The position numbers were made by a program, and so were the translations under genes. From an uncultured Chloroflexia bacterium (GTDB lineage Bacteria > Chloroflexota > Limnocylindria > Limnocylindrales > CSP1-4): a stretch of 64,000 bases of DNA. This document shows, one piece after another, positions 62,453 to 64,000 of the stretch. The first letter of the stretch is position 1. Every line of letters begins with the position of its first letter. Under the pieces are notes generated by a model. It was not told the DNA's origin. It made no database searches and was given only the letters and a program-made list of their open reading frames with translations. The stretch is from NCBI GenBank assembly GCA_963752475.1, contig CAVVYR010000006.1, forward strand, positions 640,001 to 704,000, written 5' to 3'.

Positions 62453-63568
62453 GTGCCCAGATTGATCCAGGTCGATGACCTCCCTGACATCGCGCGCGGC
62501 TGTTCCGTGCTCGGAGCGGGCGGCGGCGGAGAGGCCTACGTCGCGACGTTGATGGCCACGCAGGCCATCGAGGAGCACGGCCCCATCCGGCTCGTCGACT
62601 ACGACGAACTGCCCCAGGACGCGATGGTCATGTCCTGCGGGTTCCTGGGTGCCCCCACCGTCACCATCGAGAAGCTCAGCTCGGGCGAGGAAGGACAGTA
62701 CCTGCGCGAGGAGATCGAGCGGCTCTGGCAGAGACCCGTGGCGGCGCTGATGTGTGCCGAGATCGGCGGCTCCAACGGCATGGCGCCGCTGACGTGGGCG
62801 GCCAGGACGGGCCTGCCGGTGCTCGATGCCGACGGCATGGGCCGCGCCTTCCCGGAGGTGCAGATGGTGACCATGGAGCTGGCTGGCATCTCGGCACAGC
62901 CGGCCATCGTGGTCGACGAGCGGGGCCACCGGGCGGTGTTCCACGAGGTCTACGGCGAGTGGGCCGAGCGCCTTGAGCGGGCCATCGCCATCGCCTGTGG
63001 AGGCATCGCCGCCAGCGCCGAGTACACCATGACCGTGGCCCAGGCCCGGGACGCCACCGTGCCCGGCACCGTGAGCCTGGCCGCGGACATCGGGCGTGCC
63101 ATCAGTGGGGCGCCAGACGACCCGGTCGAATCCGTCATCGCCGCCACGGGCGCCGCCCGACTGCTCGAGGGCAAGATCGTGGACGTGGCCAATCGCATCG
63201 TGGGCGGCTTCGTGCGGGGCACGGTCACGGTCGAGGGGTCCCGTGGTGACGCCGGGCGCACGCTGGGGATCGAGATCCAGAACGAGCTGCTCGTTGCGCG
63301 TATCGACGGGGAGCTGCGGGCCGTGGCGCCGGACATCATCACGCTGCTCGACGAACAGACTGGCGAGGCCATCCATACCGAGCGGCTCAAGTACGGTCAG
63401 CGCGTCGTGGCCATCGCCATCCCGTGCCCACCGGTGTGGCGCAGCGAGGCCGGCCTGCGCACGGCTGGTCCGGCCGCCTTCGGTTTCGATCTGGAGTACG
63501 TGCCCGTCGAAGAGCTCAATCCTGGAACCGGCGCGTGGCCCGGCAAGGACGTTGGAGCGACCTCGTGA
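62453..63568 (+). CDS. DUF917 family protein
   Basis: LGAGGGG, GAPTV..EK, EIGGSN, DADGMGRAFPE.QM, QNE, PDII, GP..FG. Confidence 0.9.
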   Translation: MPRLIQVDDLPDIARGCSVLGAGGGGEAYVATLMATQAIEEHGPIRLVDYDELPQDAMVMSCGFLGAPTVTIEKLSSGEEGQYLREEIERLWQRPVAALMCAEIGGSNGMAPLTWAARTGLPVLDADGMGRAFPEVQMVTMELAGISAQPAIVVDERGHRAVFHEVYGEWAERLERAIAIACGGIAASAEYTMTVAQARDATVPGTVSLAADIGRAISGAPDDPVESVIAATGAARLLEGKIVDVANRIVGGFVRGTVTVEGSRGDAGRTLGIEIQNELLVARIDGELRAVAPDIITLLDEQTGEAIHTERLKYGQRVVAIAIPCPPVWRSEAGLRTAGPAAFGFDLEYVPVEELNPGTGAWPGKDVGATS

Positions 63569-64000
63569 GCGAGCACGACCGGCAGCGTCCTCTCGACCTG
63601 CGGCTCGGCATCGACGTCGGCGGGACCAACACGGACGCCGTCGTGCTCGATCGGCACGACGAGCTGCTGGCCAAGACGAAGTCCCCGACCTCGGCCGATG
63701 TGAGCTCCGGCATCGAGGCGGCGGTCGACAAGGTGCTCGAGAGCGGCGATGTCGACCGCTCGCGTATCAGCCACGTGATGCTGGGCACGACCCACGCGAC
63801 CAACGCGGTCCTCGAGCGCAAGAACCTGCACCGGGTGGCGGTGCTCCGCATCGGTGCTCCGGCCTCGCTCTCGGTGCGGCCGCTGCTGACCTGGCCGCAG
63901 GATCTCGTCGCAGTCGTCTCGGGCGGCGAGACGGTGGTTCGCGGTGGCATCGAGCTTGACGGCCGCGAGATCGTGCCCTTCGACGCGGCGGCCGTCCGTG
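63565..64000 (+). CDS. Hydantoinase/oxoprolinase family protein, N-terminus (partial)
   Basis: GTGA overlap; RLGIDVGGTNTDAV, MLGTTHATNAVLE; not in ORF track because it runs off the window. Confidence 0.9.
   Translation, partial: MSEHDRQRPLDLRLGIDVGGTNTDAVVLDRHDELLAKTKSPTSADVSSGIEAAVDKVLESGDVDRSRISHVMLGTTHATNAVLERKNLHRVAVLRIGAPASLSVRPLLTWPQDLVAVVSGGETVVRGGIELDGREIVPFDAAAVR

Overview
High-GC bacterial chromosomal DNA, densely coding (about 55 genes). The gene mix (F420-dependent enzymes, PAC2, heliorhodopsin, class II RNR, Sec-type solute-binding proteins, pervasive leaderless genes) suggests a monoderm such as Chloroflexota (Limnocylindria-like); this taxonomy is inference only. Content: housekeeping and repair genes (pepN end, DEAD-box helicase, pabB/pabC, HhH-GPD, AlkZ-like, xth, nrdJ with NrdR boxes, add, pepA, glgC, nudF), a MacAB-like exporter, a LacI/RbsR ribose-nucleoside regulon with three double operators, a scrambled IS630 remnant, three M23 peptidases, an OatA-like acyltransferase, a ROK-regulated amino-sugar ABC/GH3/SIS operon, a heliorhodopsin and the start of a DUF917/hydantoinase operon. 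Three genes carry single frameshifts. The best candidate for an undescribed system is a 27-aa hydrophobic peptide gene ending in Trp (48403-48486), followed by a hairpin, a DUF5317-like membrane protein with aspartic-peptidase-like motifs and a coupled GAF-GGDEF diguanylate cyclase, which together could be a peptide-to-c-di-GMP signalling cassette. Also notable: CarH-like 11-bp repeats over the heliorhodopsin promoter, and a DGR-like A-biased repeat pair in the IS remnant that is more likely an artefact. No rRNA, tRNA or CRISPR array was seen. All family calls come from motif recognition by eye, not database searches.
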